A DNA stretch of 64,000 nt from Burkholderiaceae bacterium (GTDB lineage Bacteria > Pseudomonadota > Gammaproteobacteria > Burkholderiales > Burkholderiaceae_C). This document shows, piece after piece, positions 29,915-39,680 of the stretch (within the stretch, counting starts at the first letter, position 1; each line of letters opens with the position of its first letter). Location: assembly GCA_964228805.1 (NCBI GenBank), contig CAXRBE010000121.1, positions 4,889 to 68,888 on the forward strand, given 5' to 3'. The translations under genes and the position numbers were made by a program. A model generated the notes under the pieces. That model had not been told where the DNA came from, searched no databases, and saw only the letters and a program-made list of their open reading frames with translations.

Positions 29915-31147
29915 TCACTGGGACAGTTCCAACAGGGTGTGCAGCAGCACATTGGCGCCGGCTTCCAGGTGAGCTGGCTCGGTGTGTTCGGCAGGATTGT
30001 GGCTGATACCTTTGACCGAGGGCACAAAGATCATGGCAGCCGGACAGATACGCGCCAGCATCTGGGCGTCATGCCCGGCGCCCGAGGTCATGGGCCGGCA
30101 GGTGTGGCCCAGCTGGCGGGCTTTGCGGGTGATCAGATCGGCAATGGGTTGGTGAAAGATCACCGGGTCAAAGCGAGCCAGCGAGTGGGTTTCTATTTTT
30201 ACCCCTTCATCGCGCGCCAGTTGCTCCAGGAATTGTGCCAGCCGGGCTTCAGCCTGGGCCAGCACAGCGTTGTCGGTGTTGCGCAGGTCCACCGTCAGGC
30301 GCGCCCGCGCAGCCACCACATTGGTCAGGTTGGGGTGCAGGGTGATCGAGCCCACCGTACCGACCTGATTGCCGCCCAGCTCTTTGACCAGTTGACGTAC
30401 GAACACGCCGATCGCTGCCGCGCAGTAACCGGCATCGTGGCGCAGACGCATTGGGGTGGTGCCAGCGTGGTTGGATTGTCCCGTCACCAGCACCTCGGTC
30501 CAGGAGATTCCTTGAAGGTTTTCCACCGCCCCGATGGTGATGCCCTCCATATCCAGCACCGGCCCTTGCTCGACATGGAGTTCGACAAAGGCGTGCGGGT
30601 GGTACAGGGGCATCGGTGCTGAGCCCCGGTAGCCGATGCGCGCCAGTTCATCGCCCATGCGCTTGCCGTCATAGCCTTTGGTGTCGTAAGCCTCTTGCAA
30701 GGGCAGGCCGCCCACATAGACCAGCGAGCCGCACATATCCGGGTGAAAGCGTGCCCCCTCCTCGTCGGTGAACACCCCCACCACCAACGGGCGCTTGGTG
30801 GTAATGCCGGCTTCATTGAGCACCTGCACCACTTCCAGACCGCCCAACACGCCATAGTTGCCATCGTAGCGGCCGCCGGTGCGCACCGTGTCGATGTGTG
30901 AACCGGTCATTACCGGTGCACCGTCCTCCAGCCCGGCGCGCAGGCCGAAGATATTGCCGATCGGGTCTATCTGCACCTGCAGGCCCAGCTCGCGCATCCA
31001 GCCCACCACCAGATCGCGGCCGGCCTTGTCCTCGTCAGTCAGTGCCAGGCGGCAGCAGGCACCCTCCTCGGTGAAGCCGATTTCAGCCAGACGGTGGATG
31101 CGCTGCATCAGCCGGTCCGAGTTGATGCGGAGTTGTTCGGTTTTCAT
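29915..31147 (-). CDS. M20 Zn-dependent carbamoylase (N-carbamoyl-L-amino-acid / beta-ureidopropionase / allantoate amidohydrolase family)
   Basis: GSHIDTV, GRYDG, DEEGARF, ELHVEQG, NHAGTTPM, SGAGHDA and SHNPAE motifs. Confidence 0.9.
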   Translation of the reverse strand: MKTEQLRINSDRLMQRIHRLAEIGFTEEGACCRLALTDEDKAGRDLVVGWMRELGLQVQIDPIGNIFGLRAGLEDGAPVMTGSHIDTVRTGGRYDGNYGVLGGLEVVQVLNEAGITTKRPLVVGVFTDEEGARFHPDMCGSLVYVGGLPLQEAYDTKGYDGKRMGDELARIGYRGSAPMPLYHPHAFVELHVEQGPVLDMEGITIGAVENLQGISWTEVLVTGQSNHAGTTPMRLRHDAGYCAAAIGVFVRQLVKELGGNQVGTVGSITLHPNLTNVVAARARLTVDLRNTDNAVLAQAEARLAQFLEQLARDEGVKIETHSLARFDPVIFHQPIADLITRKARQLGHTCRPMTSGAGHDAQMLARICPAAMIFVPSVKGISHNPAEHTEPAHLEAGANVLLHTLLELSQ

Positions 31148-31174
31148 TGACGGGCCATATTCATCAGTGCTGCA

Positions 31175-32410
31175 TTATGGGGAATCAGCCGTAATTGGTG
31201 CCAAGACCTGCTCGGCGCTGCAGCCGACCACCTCGCGGTAGATCAGGGGGTCGGTGTCGCCTTCGCTGCCAATCAGCAGCACACGCGAGCTGGGATCCAG
31301 GCCCAACTGCCGCCAGATCTGCGGATCTTCGCGTGCTGCCAGCAAGGAGGCCAGCCCCACACCACCGGTCTCGCCCGCAACGATCGGCGGGTCGCCGGCT
31401 TGGGGCTGGGCCAGCCGGCGCATGGCCGCCAATGCATAGGCATCGTCCACCGCCAGCGCCGCGTTGGCGCCGCCATGCAGGATTTCCCAGGCCAGTTCAG
31501 ACACTTCGCCGCAGGCCAGACCGGCCATCACGGTATCCAGCGCACCCTCCACAATCACAGGCCGGCCGGCCTGCAGACTGCGGTAGACGCAATCTGCCCG
31601 GGTGGGCTCCACTGCCACGAAATAGGGTCGATGCCTGCCCCAGTGCAGCCAGAACAGGGCGCATACCGCGCTGGCCAAAGCACCCACACCGGCCTGGACC
31701 AGCACATGGCTGGGTGGCTTGTTGCCAGCGAGCTGCTGCGTGATTTCCTGTGCCATCACGCCGTAGCCATGCATCACATCCAGGGGAATGTCGCGATAGC
31801 CAGGGTAAGAGGTGTCTGAGACCACGGTCCAGCCCTGCGCGGCAGCAGTGGCAGCGGCATGGCGCACCGCATCGTCGTAGTTGCCCTTGACCTCACGCAC
31901 CTCGGCGCCGTAGCGTGTAATGGCCTCGCGCCGGCCCTGGCTGACATGCTCATGCACGAAGATCACACAGCGACAGCCAAACAGCTGAGCGCCCCAGGCC
32001 ACCGAGCGGCCATGGTTGCCGTCGGTCGCGCAAGTCACCGTGGCAGCTGAGACGGTGTCGGCATGCGCCCCAGCCAGCAGCTCGCGTGAGCTCAGCACTG
32101 CCAGCCCATGAGCTGCCATCACCTTGTGGCGCAGCACATTGGCCACCGCATAGGCGCCGCCCAGAGCCTTGAAGCTGCCCAGGCCGAAGCGGTCACGCTC
32201 ATCTTTGTAGAGCACTTGTCCCAACCCAAGTTCACTGGCCAGGCCCGGCAGGGTCAGCAAAGGTGTGGGCGCGTAGCCGGGCCAGCTGGAAATCTCGGCA
32301 TGGGCGGCATCGAAGCCGGCCTGGTTCAACACACCTTGACGCTGTTGCCCATAGTCGGCACTGGCAGGCTCGGCCTGCGGGTTGAGGATGAGGCGCGCTG
32401 GCTGGCTCAT
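31175..32410 (-). CDS. dpaL: Diaminopropionate ammonia-lyase (PLP)
   Basis: KDERDRFGLGSFKALG, CATDGNHGRSVAW, QAGVG, MAGLACGE and SEGDTDP motifs. Confidence 0.9.
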   Translation of the reverse strand: MSQPARLILNPQAEPASADYGQQRQGVLNQAGFDAAHAEISSWPGYAPTPLLTLPGLASELGLGQVLYKDERDRFGLGSFKALGGAYAVANVLRHKVMAAHGLAVLSSRELLAGAHADTVSAATVTCATDGNHGRSVAWGAQLFGCRCVIFVHEHVSQGRREAITRYGAEVREVKGNYDDAVRHAAATAAAQGWTVVSDTSYPGYRDIPLDVMHGYGVMAQEITQQLAGNKPPSHVLVQAGVGALASAVCALFWLHWGRHRPYFVAVEPTRADCVYRSLQAGRPVIVEGALDTVMAGLACGEVSELAWEILHGGANAALAVDDAYALAAMRRLAQPQAGDPPIVAGETGGVGLASLLAAREDPQIWRQLGLDPSSRVLLIGSEGDTDPLIYREVVGCSAEQVLAPITADSP

Positions 32411-32465
32411 GAACTGGCCCTGACTCCAGGCCTTGACCGATGTGTTTTGTGGCCAGACCGGGTTT

Positions 32466-33479
32466 TCACGCGGTCACCTTGGCTGGCGCTGCCGGCTGGC
32501 GCAGATGACAGGCCACCCATTGGCCGGGGTGAATCTCCTGCATTGGTGGCTCCTCCATGCGGCAGCGATCTTCGGCATAAGGGCAACGGGTGTGGAAATG
32601 ACAGCCTGATGGCGGATTGATCGGGCTGGGCACATCACCCGCGAGCACCCGGCGCCGCTGGCGCGCCCCTGGTTTGGGCAGGGGCACAGCATCGAGCAGC
32701 GCTTCGGTATAGGGATGTTGTGGCCGGGTGAAGATGGCTCGCTTGGGTGCAATCTCAACGATGCGGCCCAGGTACATCACTGCTACCCGATGGCTGATGT
32801 GTTCCACCACCGCCAGATCATGCGCCACGAACAGGTAGGACAGGCCGAACTCCTGTTGCAGATCCATCAGCAGATTGATCACCTGCGCCTGCACCGACAC
32901 ATCCAGTGCCGAGACCGGTTCATCACACACCATCAGGCGCGGCTGCACCGACAGCGCACGCGCGATACCCAGGCGCTGGCGTTGGCCACCAGAAAACTCA
33001 AACGGGAAGCGCACCATCTGGTCAGCACGCAGGCCGACTTTCTCAAACAGATGGGCCACGCGTTCGCGCGCTTGCGCGGCGCTCAGGGATTCGTAGTTGC
33101 GCAAGGGCTCGGCCACAATGTCGGCGGCGCGGATGCGCGGGTTGAGTGAGGAATATGGGTCCTGGAACACCGCTTGCAGTTCGCGCCGCACCGGCCGCAT
33201 TTCGGCTTGGCTCAAATTGCCGATGGCTTGCCCATGCCAGAAGATTTCGCCGGCAGTCGGGTCGAGCAGGCGCAGGATCAATTTGCCGGTGGTTGACTTG
33301 CCGCAACCCGATTCACCCACCAGCCCCAGCGTTTCGCCTGCGGCAATGGAAAAGCTCACCCCATCGACCGCGCGCACCAGTTTGCCCCCACGGCCGAGCC
33401 AGCTTTGGCCAGTGGGGAAGTGCTTGCGCAGGTTGCGCACCTCAAGCAGCATGGGTTCGATGGATGGCGCAGACATCAT
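32466..33479 (-). CDS. Oligopeptide/dipeptide ABC transporter ATPase (OppF/DppF-like)
   Basis: [26 protein letters not shown] and a C-terminal Cys cluster. Confidence 0.93.
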   Translation of the reverse strand: MMSAPSIEPMLLEVRNLRKHFPTGQSWLGRGGKLVRAVDGVSFSIAAGETLGLVGESGCGKSTTGKLILRLLDPTAGEIFWHGQAIGNLSQAEMRPVRRELQAVFQDPYSSLNPRIRAADIVAEPLRNYESLSAAQARERVAHLFEKVGLRADQMVRFPFEFSGGQRQRLGIARALSVQPRLMVCDEPVSALDVSVQAQVINLLMDLQQEFGLSYLFVAHDLAVVEHISHRVAVMYLGRIVEIAPKRAIFTRPQHPYTEALLDAVPLPKPGARQRRRVLAGDVPSPINPPSGCHFHTRCPYAEDRCRMEEPPMQEIHPGQWVACHLRQPAAPAKVTA

Positions 33480-34522
33480 GTGTTCACTGCCTGTTCAGAC
33501 GCTTGTGGGGTCGCCGCCTGCACCGGATGCCAGCACGCCGCCCAGTGGCCATCGCCGTAATCACTCAGGGGCGGCACCTCCTGGCGGCAGCGTGCGCTGG
33601 CATGCGGGCAACGCGGCGCGAACAGGCAGCCGGCCAGTGCATCCTTGAGCGAAGGCACCATGCCCGCTATCTCCACCAGCCGGCGCGGCGGCTCACCCTC
33701 GGGCGTGGCCAGCGAGCCGCCCAGGTGCGGCATTGAGCCCAGCAGGCCCAGGGTGTACGGGTGACGGGGCTGTTCGAACAGGGCTTGCACCGGCGCCTCT
33801 TCCACCTTGCGTCCGGCGTACATCACCACCACGCGCTGGGCCATCTCGGCCACCACGCCCAGGTCGTGGGTGATGAGGATGATGGCCGCACCGGTCTCGC
33901 GCCCGAGTTCGCGCATCAGCTCCAGGATCTGGGCCTGAATGGTCACATCCAACGCGGTGGTGGGCTCATCGGCGATCAGCAGTCGCGGGCCGCAGGCCAG
34001 GGCCATGGCAATCATCACACGCTGACGCATGCCGCCTGAGAGCTCATGCGGGTATTGCCGCAGCCGGCGCTCGGCCTCCGGAATTTGTACCTTGCGCAGC
34101 ATCTGGGTGGCTTGCGCCATGGCCTCCTGCTCAGACAGGCCGCGATGCAGCACCAGCGCCTCAGCCACCTGCCGGCCCACCGTCAGCACCGGGTTGAGGG
34201 AGGTCATGGGCTCCTGGAAGATCATCGAGATCAGGTTGCCGCGCACCTGGCGCATCTCAGACTCGCTCAGGTCCAGCAGGTTGCGGCCCTCGAACTCGAT
34301 GCGTCCGCCAACAATGCGCGCCGGCGGCATCGGCAGCAGGCGCAGGATCGACATGGCGGTGACACTCTTGCCGCAACCTGATTCGCCCACCACGGCCAGC
34401 GTCTCGCCGGCCCGCACATCAAAGCTCACACCATCGACCGCCCGCACCGTGCCGTCACGGGTATTGAAGTGGGTTTGCAGGCTGTCAACCCTAAGCAGGG
34501 GAGGGTGCTCGAGCATGCTCAC
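33476..34522 (-). CDS. Oligopeptide/dipeptide ABC transporter ATPase (OppD/DppD-like)
   Basis: [16 protein letters not shown] and ADEPTTALD motifs. Confidence 0.93.
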   Translation of the reverse strand: MSMLEHPPLLRVDSLQTHFNTRDGTVRAVDGVSFDVRAGETLAVVGESGCGKSVTAMSILRLLPMPPARIVGGRIEFEGRNLLDLSESEMRQVRGNLISMIFQEPMTSLNPVLTVGRQVAEALVLHRGLSEQEAMAQATQMLRKVQIPEAERRLRQYPHELSGGMRQRVMIAMALACGPRLLIADEPTTALDVTIQAQILELMRELGRETGAAIILITHDLGVVAEMAQRVVVMYAGRKVEEAPVQALFEQPRHPYTLGLLGSMPHLGGSLATPEGEPPRRLVEIAGMVPSLKDALAGCLFAPRCPHASARCRQEVPPLSDYGDGHWAACWHPVQAATPQASEQAVNT

Positions 34523-35400
34523 ATCCTTCGGGCCAGGCGGGGATCAAGCGCATCACGCATGCCATCGCCCAGCAGGTTGACGGAGAGCACGGTGATGGAC
34601 AGAAAGATGCCGGGAAACAGCAGAATGGTGCCGGAAATCTGGATCAGGCTGCGCGCCTCGGCCATGATATTGCCCCAGCTTGGTATGTTCGGAGGTGTGC
34701 CGGCGCCAACAAAAGAGAGAATGGCCTCGGTGATCATGGCTGAAGCACAGATATAGGTGGCCTGGACCAGCAGTGGTGCCACTGTGTTGGGCAGGATATG
34801 ACGGATAAGGATGGCTGGCAGACGTGTGCCCGACGCAATGGCCGCCTCCACATAGGGCTGCTCACGCAGGGTGAGCACCAAGGAACGCACCAGACGCACC
34901 ACACGGGGAATTTCTGTGATGGTGATGGCGATGATCACATTCTGCAGGCTGGCCTTGGTCAGTGAAATCAGGCAGATGGCCAACAGCACCGAGGGGATGG
35001 ACATCAGTCCGTCCATCACCCGCATCATGACCGCGTCCAGCCAGCGCAGGTAGCCGGTCACCAGACCAATGGCCAGGCCGATCAGGGTGGACAGCACCGC
35101 CACCGCCAGGCCCACAGTGAGCGATACCCTCGCCCCGTAGATGACCCGGCTGTAGACATCGCGTCCGAGCATGTCGGTGCCAAACCAGAATTGCTCCGAG
35201 GGCGGGCGCAAGCGCTTGATGGGCGAGAGCGCCAGCGGATCGGTGGTGCCTAGCCAGGGCGCCAGCAGCGCCACCAGCAGCATGAGCAGCAGCACCACGG
35301 CGCCAATGATGGCGGTGGGATGCCGACGCATCGCATCCTTGAAGCGCAACCAGGTGGGCGAGGCGGTGCTTGCCATGTCAATACCGGATGCGAGGGTCAA
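34519..35400 (-). CDS. Peptide ABC transporter permease (OppC/DppC-like)
   Basis: [13 protein letters not shown] loop and RHILPN motifs. Confidence 0.92.
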   Translation of the reverse strand: MTLASGIDMASTASPTWLRFKDAMRRHPTAIIGAVVLLLMLLVALLAPWLGTTDPLALSPIKRLRPPSEQFWFGTDMLGRDVYSRVIYGARVSLTVGLAVAVLSTLIGLAIGLVTGYLRWLDAVMMRVMDGLMSIPSVLLAICLISLTKASLQNVIIAITITEIPRVVRLVRSLVLTLREQPYVEAAIASGTRLPAILIRHILPNTVAPLLVQATYICASAMITEAILSFVGAGTPPNIPSWGNIMAEARSLIQISGTILLFPGIFLSITVLSVNLLGDGMRDALDPRLARRM

Positions 35401-36319
35401 ACAGCGAATAGCTGAGATCGACCAACAAGTTGACGATCACATAGACCGCCGAGAACAGCAGCGTCACGCCCTGGATGATCGGGTAGTCGCGGCGCAGGAT
35501 TGCGTCCACCGTGAGGCGGCCCAATCCAGGAATGGCGAACACGGTTTCTGTCACCACCACGCCACCGATCAGCAGGGCCACACCGATACCAATGATGGTG
35601 ACAATAGGGACGGCCGCATTCTTCAGTGCATGACGGGTGAGCACAGTGCCGGGTGCCAGACCCTTGGCGGTGGCGGTGCGGATGTAATCTTGCGCCAGCA
35701 CATCAAGCATGGTGGCGCGGGTGATGCGCGCGATCAGCGCCATATAGACAACCCCCAGCGCCACGCTGGGCAGGATCATGTGTTGCACAAAGGGCCCAAA
35801 TCCCTCCTTCAGGCTGCGATAGCCTTGCACTGGCAACCACTCCAGCTGCACGGAAAACAGCAGGATCAGCCCGTAGGCGATGACAAACACCGGCACCGAG
35901 AAGCCCAGCACCGAGATCGCCATGACAAATCGGTCCACCCAGCCGCCGGCGCGCGCAGCAGCCAACACACCCAGCGGCACTGCCAGGCCCACAGCCACGA
36001 TCAGGGTGCACACCGTGAGCGCCAGGGTGGGCTCGATGCGTTGGCCAATCAGGGTGGACACCGGCAGATTGGTGAAGATGGAGGTGCCCAGGTCGCCTTG
36101 TGAGAGGGCCCAGATCCAGTTGCCAAACCGCACCAGGTAGGGCTGATCCAGGCCAAGCTGGGCACGGATGCGCGCGATGTCGTCTTCGGTGGCAATGTCA
36201 CCGGCAATCACTGCCGCCGGGTCGCCAGGGCTCAGGTAGAGCAGGGAAAAAACCAGCAGTGCCACCACAGCCATGACCGGAATGGTCGCCAGCAGTCGTT
36301 TGATCAGGTAACGCAACAT
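35378..36319 (-). CDS. Peptide ABC transporter permease (OppB/DppB-like)
   Basis: PGDPA, DYIRTATAKGL, HALKNA and RDYP motifs. Confidence 0.92.
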   Translation of the reverse strand: MLRYLIKRLLATIPVMAVVALLVFSLLYLSPGDPAAVIAGDIATEDDIARIRAQLGLDQPYLVRFGNWIWALSQGDLGTSIFTNLPVSTLIGQRIEPTLALTVCTLIVAVGLAVPLGVLAAARAGGWVDRFVMAISVLGFSVPVFVIAYGLILLFSVQLEWLPVQGYRSLKEGFGPFVQHMILPSVALGVVYMALIARITRATMLDVLAQDYIRTATAKGLAPGTVLTRHALKNAAVPIVTIIGIGVALLIGGVVVTETVFAIPGLGRLTVDAILRRDYPIIQGVTLLFSAVYVIVNLLVDLSYSLFDPRIRY

Positions 36320-36336
36320 GAATACAAAAGGCTCAG

Positions 36337-36369
36337 GTGCTCAGCGTGGCAACTCGCCACACTGAGCAC
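36337..36369 (-). promoter_or_regulatory. Stable intercistronic hairpin after the binding-protein gene (likely mRNA stabiliser or attenuator)
   Basis: GTGCTCAGcGTGGC-AACTC-GCCACaCTGAGCAC; the single mismatch is a G-U pair in the minus-strand RNA. Confidence 0.55.
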
Positions 36370-36420
36370 AAGTCAAAAAGGCAGCACGCCCGCGCAGCAG
36401 GCGAAGTGCAGTGCCGGAAA

Positions 36421-38028
36421 TTATTTCTTCTCGACGTTCCAGATGAAAGTAACCGGCGAGTTGATCACGCCTGAAAGGTTGGAACGGTAGGCCGTCGGGA
36501 TGATGAACTGTGCCGTCGGAATGTAGGGCACGCTTTCAAAGGCGCGCTTCTGCATTTCTTCCGCCACTTTTTTCTGATCAGCCAAGGTGGGCGCATTGAA
36601 CCAGGCATCGCGCAGTTCCTCCAGCTTGGCATCGCTGGGCCAGCCAAACCAGGACTTGTCACCGGCGCCGCGCAAGGGTGAGTTCAGGGCGGGCGTGGTG
36701 ATGTCCGGGCCAACGAACCAGGTGTGGAACACACTCCAGCCGCCTTTTTCTATCGGCTCCTTGGACGAGCGGCGGGTGATCAGGGTGCCCCAGTCGCTGG
36801 CTGCCAGTTCGACATTGAAGCCGATCTTGCGCAGAAGCTCCTGAGTGACCAGGGCCTGCGAGTGCACGATCGGCTGATCGGTGGCGGTCATGAGAATGAC
36901 TTTCTCGCCCTTGTAGCCGGCCTCTTTCACCAGCGCCTTGGCCTTGTCCAGGTCGCGTTTGCCGGTCAGGGCTGTCGAGGCGGCCGTGCTGGCCATCGGG
37001 GTGCCGCAAGTGAAGTAGGACGGGCAGGGCTTGCCATTCTTCGGGCTGCCGGCAATCGCGATGGCGTAATCATTCTGGTCCAACACGGCCAGCACAGCCT
37101 GACGCAATTTGACATTGTTGAACGGGGGCTGCAGGTGATTGAAGCGCAACAGGCCGATCGAGCCCAACGGGTCAACACTCTCAACCTTGATGCTCCTGTT
37201 TTTTTCCAGCACCGGAATCAGGTCGACCGGCACTTGTTGCCACCAATCGACCTCGCCATTGTTCAGAGCAGCTGCAGCAGTGGCCGCATCGGGGATGTAA
37301 ATCCACTCCACCCGGTCCACCTTGGCCACTTTGCCGCCGGCACCCCAGGACGGTGCCTCCTTGCGGGGCACATAGTCGGTGTTCTTCACATAAACCACCT
37401 TGTTGCCTGGTACCCACTCAGCCTTGACCATCTTGAAAGGGCCAGAGCCAGTCGGATCTTCCACCTGCTTGAAGGCATCGGTCTTGGCGACGCGCTCGGG
37501 CATGATGAATGGCACATTGGAGGAGGGCTTGCCCAGTGCTTCCAGCACATAGGGGAAGGGCTTCTTGAGCTTCAGACGAAAAGCCTTGTCGTTGACCACG
37601 GTCCAGGAGTCGGTCATCTCAGCCAGCTTTTGGCCGAACACATCGCGCTTGGCCCAACGCTCGATGGATGCGATGCAGTCAGCCGAGCGCACCGGGGTGG
37701 TGTCGTGAAACTTGAGGCCATCGCGCAGGGTGAAGGTGTAGCTGAGGTTGTCGCGGCTGACTTCCCACTTGTCCACCATCTGCGGCTGGATCTTGAAGTT
37801 GGCATCGGTGGCAAACAGCACGTCGTAGACCATATAGCCATGGTTGCGTGTGATGTAGGCGGTGGTCCAGATCGGGTCCAGGCTGCGCAGGTCGGCCTCA
37901 GGCACGAACTTGAGCACCTTGCCCTGAGCCAGGGCAGGCGCGCTAGCCAGAGAGCCCACAGTCAGGGCCAGTCCGAGCACGGCCCCTTGCCAGAGGCGAA
38001 GGGCTTGGATACTTTTGGCTTTCATCAT
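36421..38028 (-). CDS. Family 5 ABC substrate-binding protein (peptide/opine/nickel)
   Basis: Signal peptide; LDPIWTTA, TFTLRDGLKFHD and GSGPF motifs; start ATG 38028. Confidence 0.92.
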   Translation of the reverse strand: MMKAKSIQALRLWQGAVLGLALTVGSLASAPALAQGKVLKFVPEADLRSLDPIWTTAYITRNHGYMVYDVLFATDANFKIQPQMVDKWEVSRDNLSYTFTLRDGLKFHDTTPVRSADCIASIERWAKRDVFGQKLAEMTDSWTVVNDKAFRLKLKKPFPYVLEALGKPSSNVPFIMPERVAKTDAFKQVEDPTGSGPFKMVKAEWVPGNKVVYVKNTDYVPRKEAPSWGAGGKVAKVDRVEWIYIPDAATAAAALNNGEVDWWQQVPVDLIPVLEKNRSIKVESVDPLGSIGLLRFNHLQPPFNNVKLRQAVLAVLDQNDYAIAIAGSPKNGKPCPSYFTCGTPMASTAASTALTGKRDLDKAKALVKEAGYKGEKVILMTATDQPIVHSQALVTQELLRKIGFNVELAASDWGTLITRRSSKEPIEKGGWSVFHTWFVGPDITTPALNSPLRGAGDKSWFGWPSDAKLEELRDAWFNAPTLADQKKVAEEMQKRAFESVPYIPTAQFIIPTAYRSNLSGVINSPVTFIWNVEKK

Positions 38029-38216
38029 GGTGTGTTCCTGTTTGAAGGGTTGATAACGCAGATGGATGGCCTCTAGGCCAGCCGCGCAAACGCTCACTAT
38101 GCGCCTGTTTACCCCCAACCTGGACTAGGGCAATCCCTGATGTGCAGCACATTGCGGCATTTGCCAAGGAGTTTTGCTCTAATGCCCCCATGAGAAACTT
38201 ATGAAATTAGGGGCCT

Positions 38217-39680
38217 ATGAAGACTTGTGATGTGCTGTTGCGCCGTGCCACAGTATTCGACGGTAGCGGCTCTGATCGATTCCAGGCCGATGTGGCGCTG
38301 AGCCAGGGCCGCATTGAGGCTGTGGGACAGTTGCAGACCATGACAGCCGCACAAACCATCGATCTCAATGGCTTGGCCCTGGCGCCCGGCTTCATTGATG
38401 TGCACACCCACGATGACCGTCTGCTGCTGGCCGATCCAGCCATGACGCCCAAACTGAGCCAGGGCGTGACCTCCGTGGTGGTGGGCAATTGCGGCATCAG
38501 CCTGGCGCCCTTGGGCCGGCATGAAGCGGTACCTCCCCTGAACCTGGTGGCTGAGGACGCGGCGCAGGGCCCGGCACAGCGCTTTGACAGTTTTGCCAGC
38601 TATTTCGCCCAACTCGAGGCCAGCCCGGCGGCCGTCAATATGGCGGCGTTGATCGGTCACACCACGCTGCGGGTGGTGGCGCTTGAAGATTGGAGTCGTG
38701 CTGCCAATGCGCTGGAGATCTCCCAGATGCAAGAGCTTGTGCGCGAGGGCTTGCGCGCCGGCGCGCTGGGTGTTTCCACCGGCACTTACTACGCACCTGC
38801 TGCTGCCGCTACTGCCAGCGAAATCCGGGCGGTGTGCGAGCCGCTGCGCGGCAGCAATGCACTGATTGCCTCGCATCTGCGTGACGAGGGTGACCAGGTG
38901 TTGCAAGCGATGAGCGAGACCATCTCCATCGCCAGTGATCTGGGTGTGCGCCAGGTGCTGTCGCATCACAAGGTGCTGGGGCGTGCCAACTTTGGTCGCT
39001 CGCGCGAAACCCTGGCCTTGCTGGCGCAAGCCAAAAACAAGAGCGATATCTGTCTCGACTGCTACCCCTACACGGCCTCTTCAACCGTGCTGCGTGCCGA
39101 TGCGGCTGCGCAGGCCTCGCGCACCCTGGTGGCCTGGTCCAAGACTTTGCCCGAGGCCAGCGGCCGCTACCTCGATGAACTGGCCAGCGAACACCAGCTG
39201 TCCGAGCAAGAAATGATTGCGGCTTTGCAGCCAGCCGGTGCTATCTATTTTTCCATGGACGAGGCCGATGTCGAGCGCATCCTGGCTTATCCCGAGACCA
39301 TGATCGGCTCCGATGGTCTGCCCCACGACACCTTTCCCCACCCGCGCCTGTGGGGCACCTTTCCGCGTGTGCTGGGGCACTATGCGCGCGAGCGCAGGCT
39401 GTTCAGCCTGGAGCAGGCCATCCACAAGATGACCGGCCTGCCCGCCAGCCGTTTTCGCATGCCAGGCCGTGGCCGGGTGCAGGCTGGCTATGCTGCCGAC
39501 CTGGTGGTGTTTGACCCGCAACGGGTGGCCGATCAGGCCACTTTCGCCGCGCCTTTGCAGCCCGCAGTGGGCATTGAGCGGGTCTATGTCAACGGCCATC
39601 TCGCCTGGCTTGCTGGTCAGGCCACCGCAGCGCGTGCTGGCCAGGTGATTCGCCGCGCAGAGATGGAGGCGCAGGCATGA
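38217..39680 (+). CDS. N-acyl-D-amino-acid deacylase (D-aminoacylase, amidohydrolase superfamily)
   Basis: PGFIDVHTHDD, VVGNCGIS, SHLRDE, SHHK, GSDG and HPRLWGTFPRVL motifs. Confidence 0.9.
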   Translation: MKTCDVLLRRATVFDGSGSDRFQADVALSQGRIEAVGQLQTMTAAQTIDLNGLALAPGFIDVHTHDDRLLLADPAMTPKLSQGVTSVVVGNCGISLAPLGRHEAVPPLNLVAEDAAQGPAQRFDSFASYFAQLEASPAAVNMAALIGHTTLRVVALEDWSRAANALEISQMQELVREGLRAGALGVSTGTYYAPAAAATASEIRAVCEPLRGSNALIASHLRDEGDQVLQAMSETISIASDLGVRQVLSHHKVLGRANFGRSRETLALLAQAKNKSDICLDCYPYTASSTVLRADAAAQASRTLVAWSKTLPEASGRYLDELASEHQLSEQEMIAALQPAGAIYFSMDEADVERILAYPETMIGSDGLPHDTFPHPRLWGTFPRVLGHYARERRLFSLEQAIHKMTGLPASRFRMPGRGRVQAGYAADLVVFDPQRVADQATFAAPLQPAVGIERVYVNGHLAWLAGQATAARAGQVIRRAEMEAQA

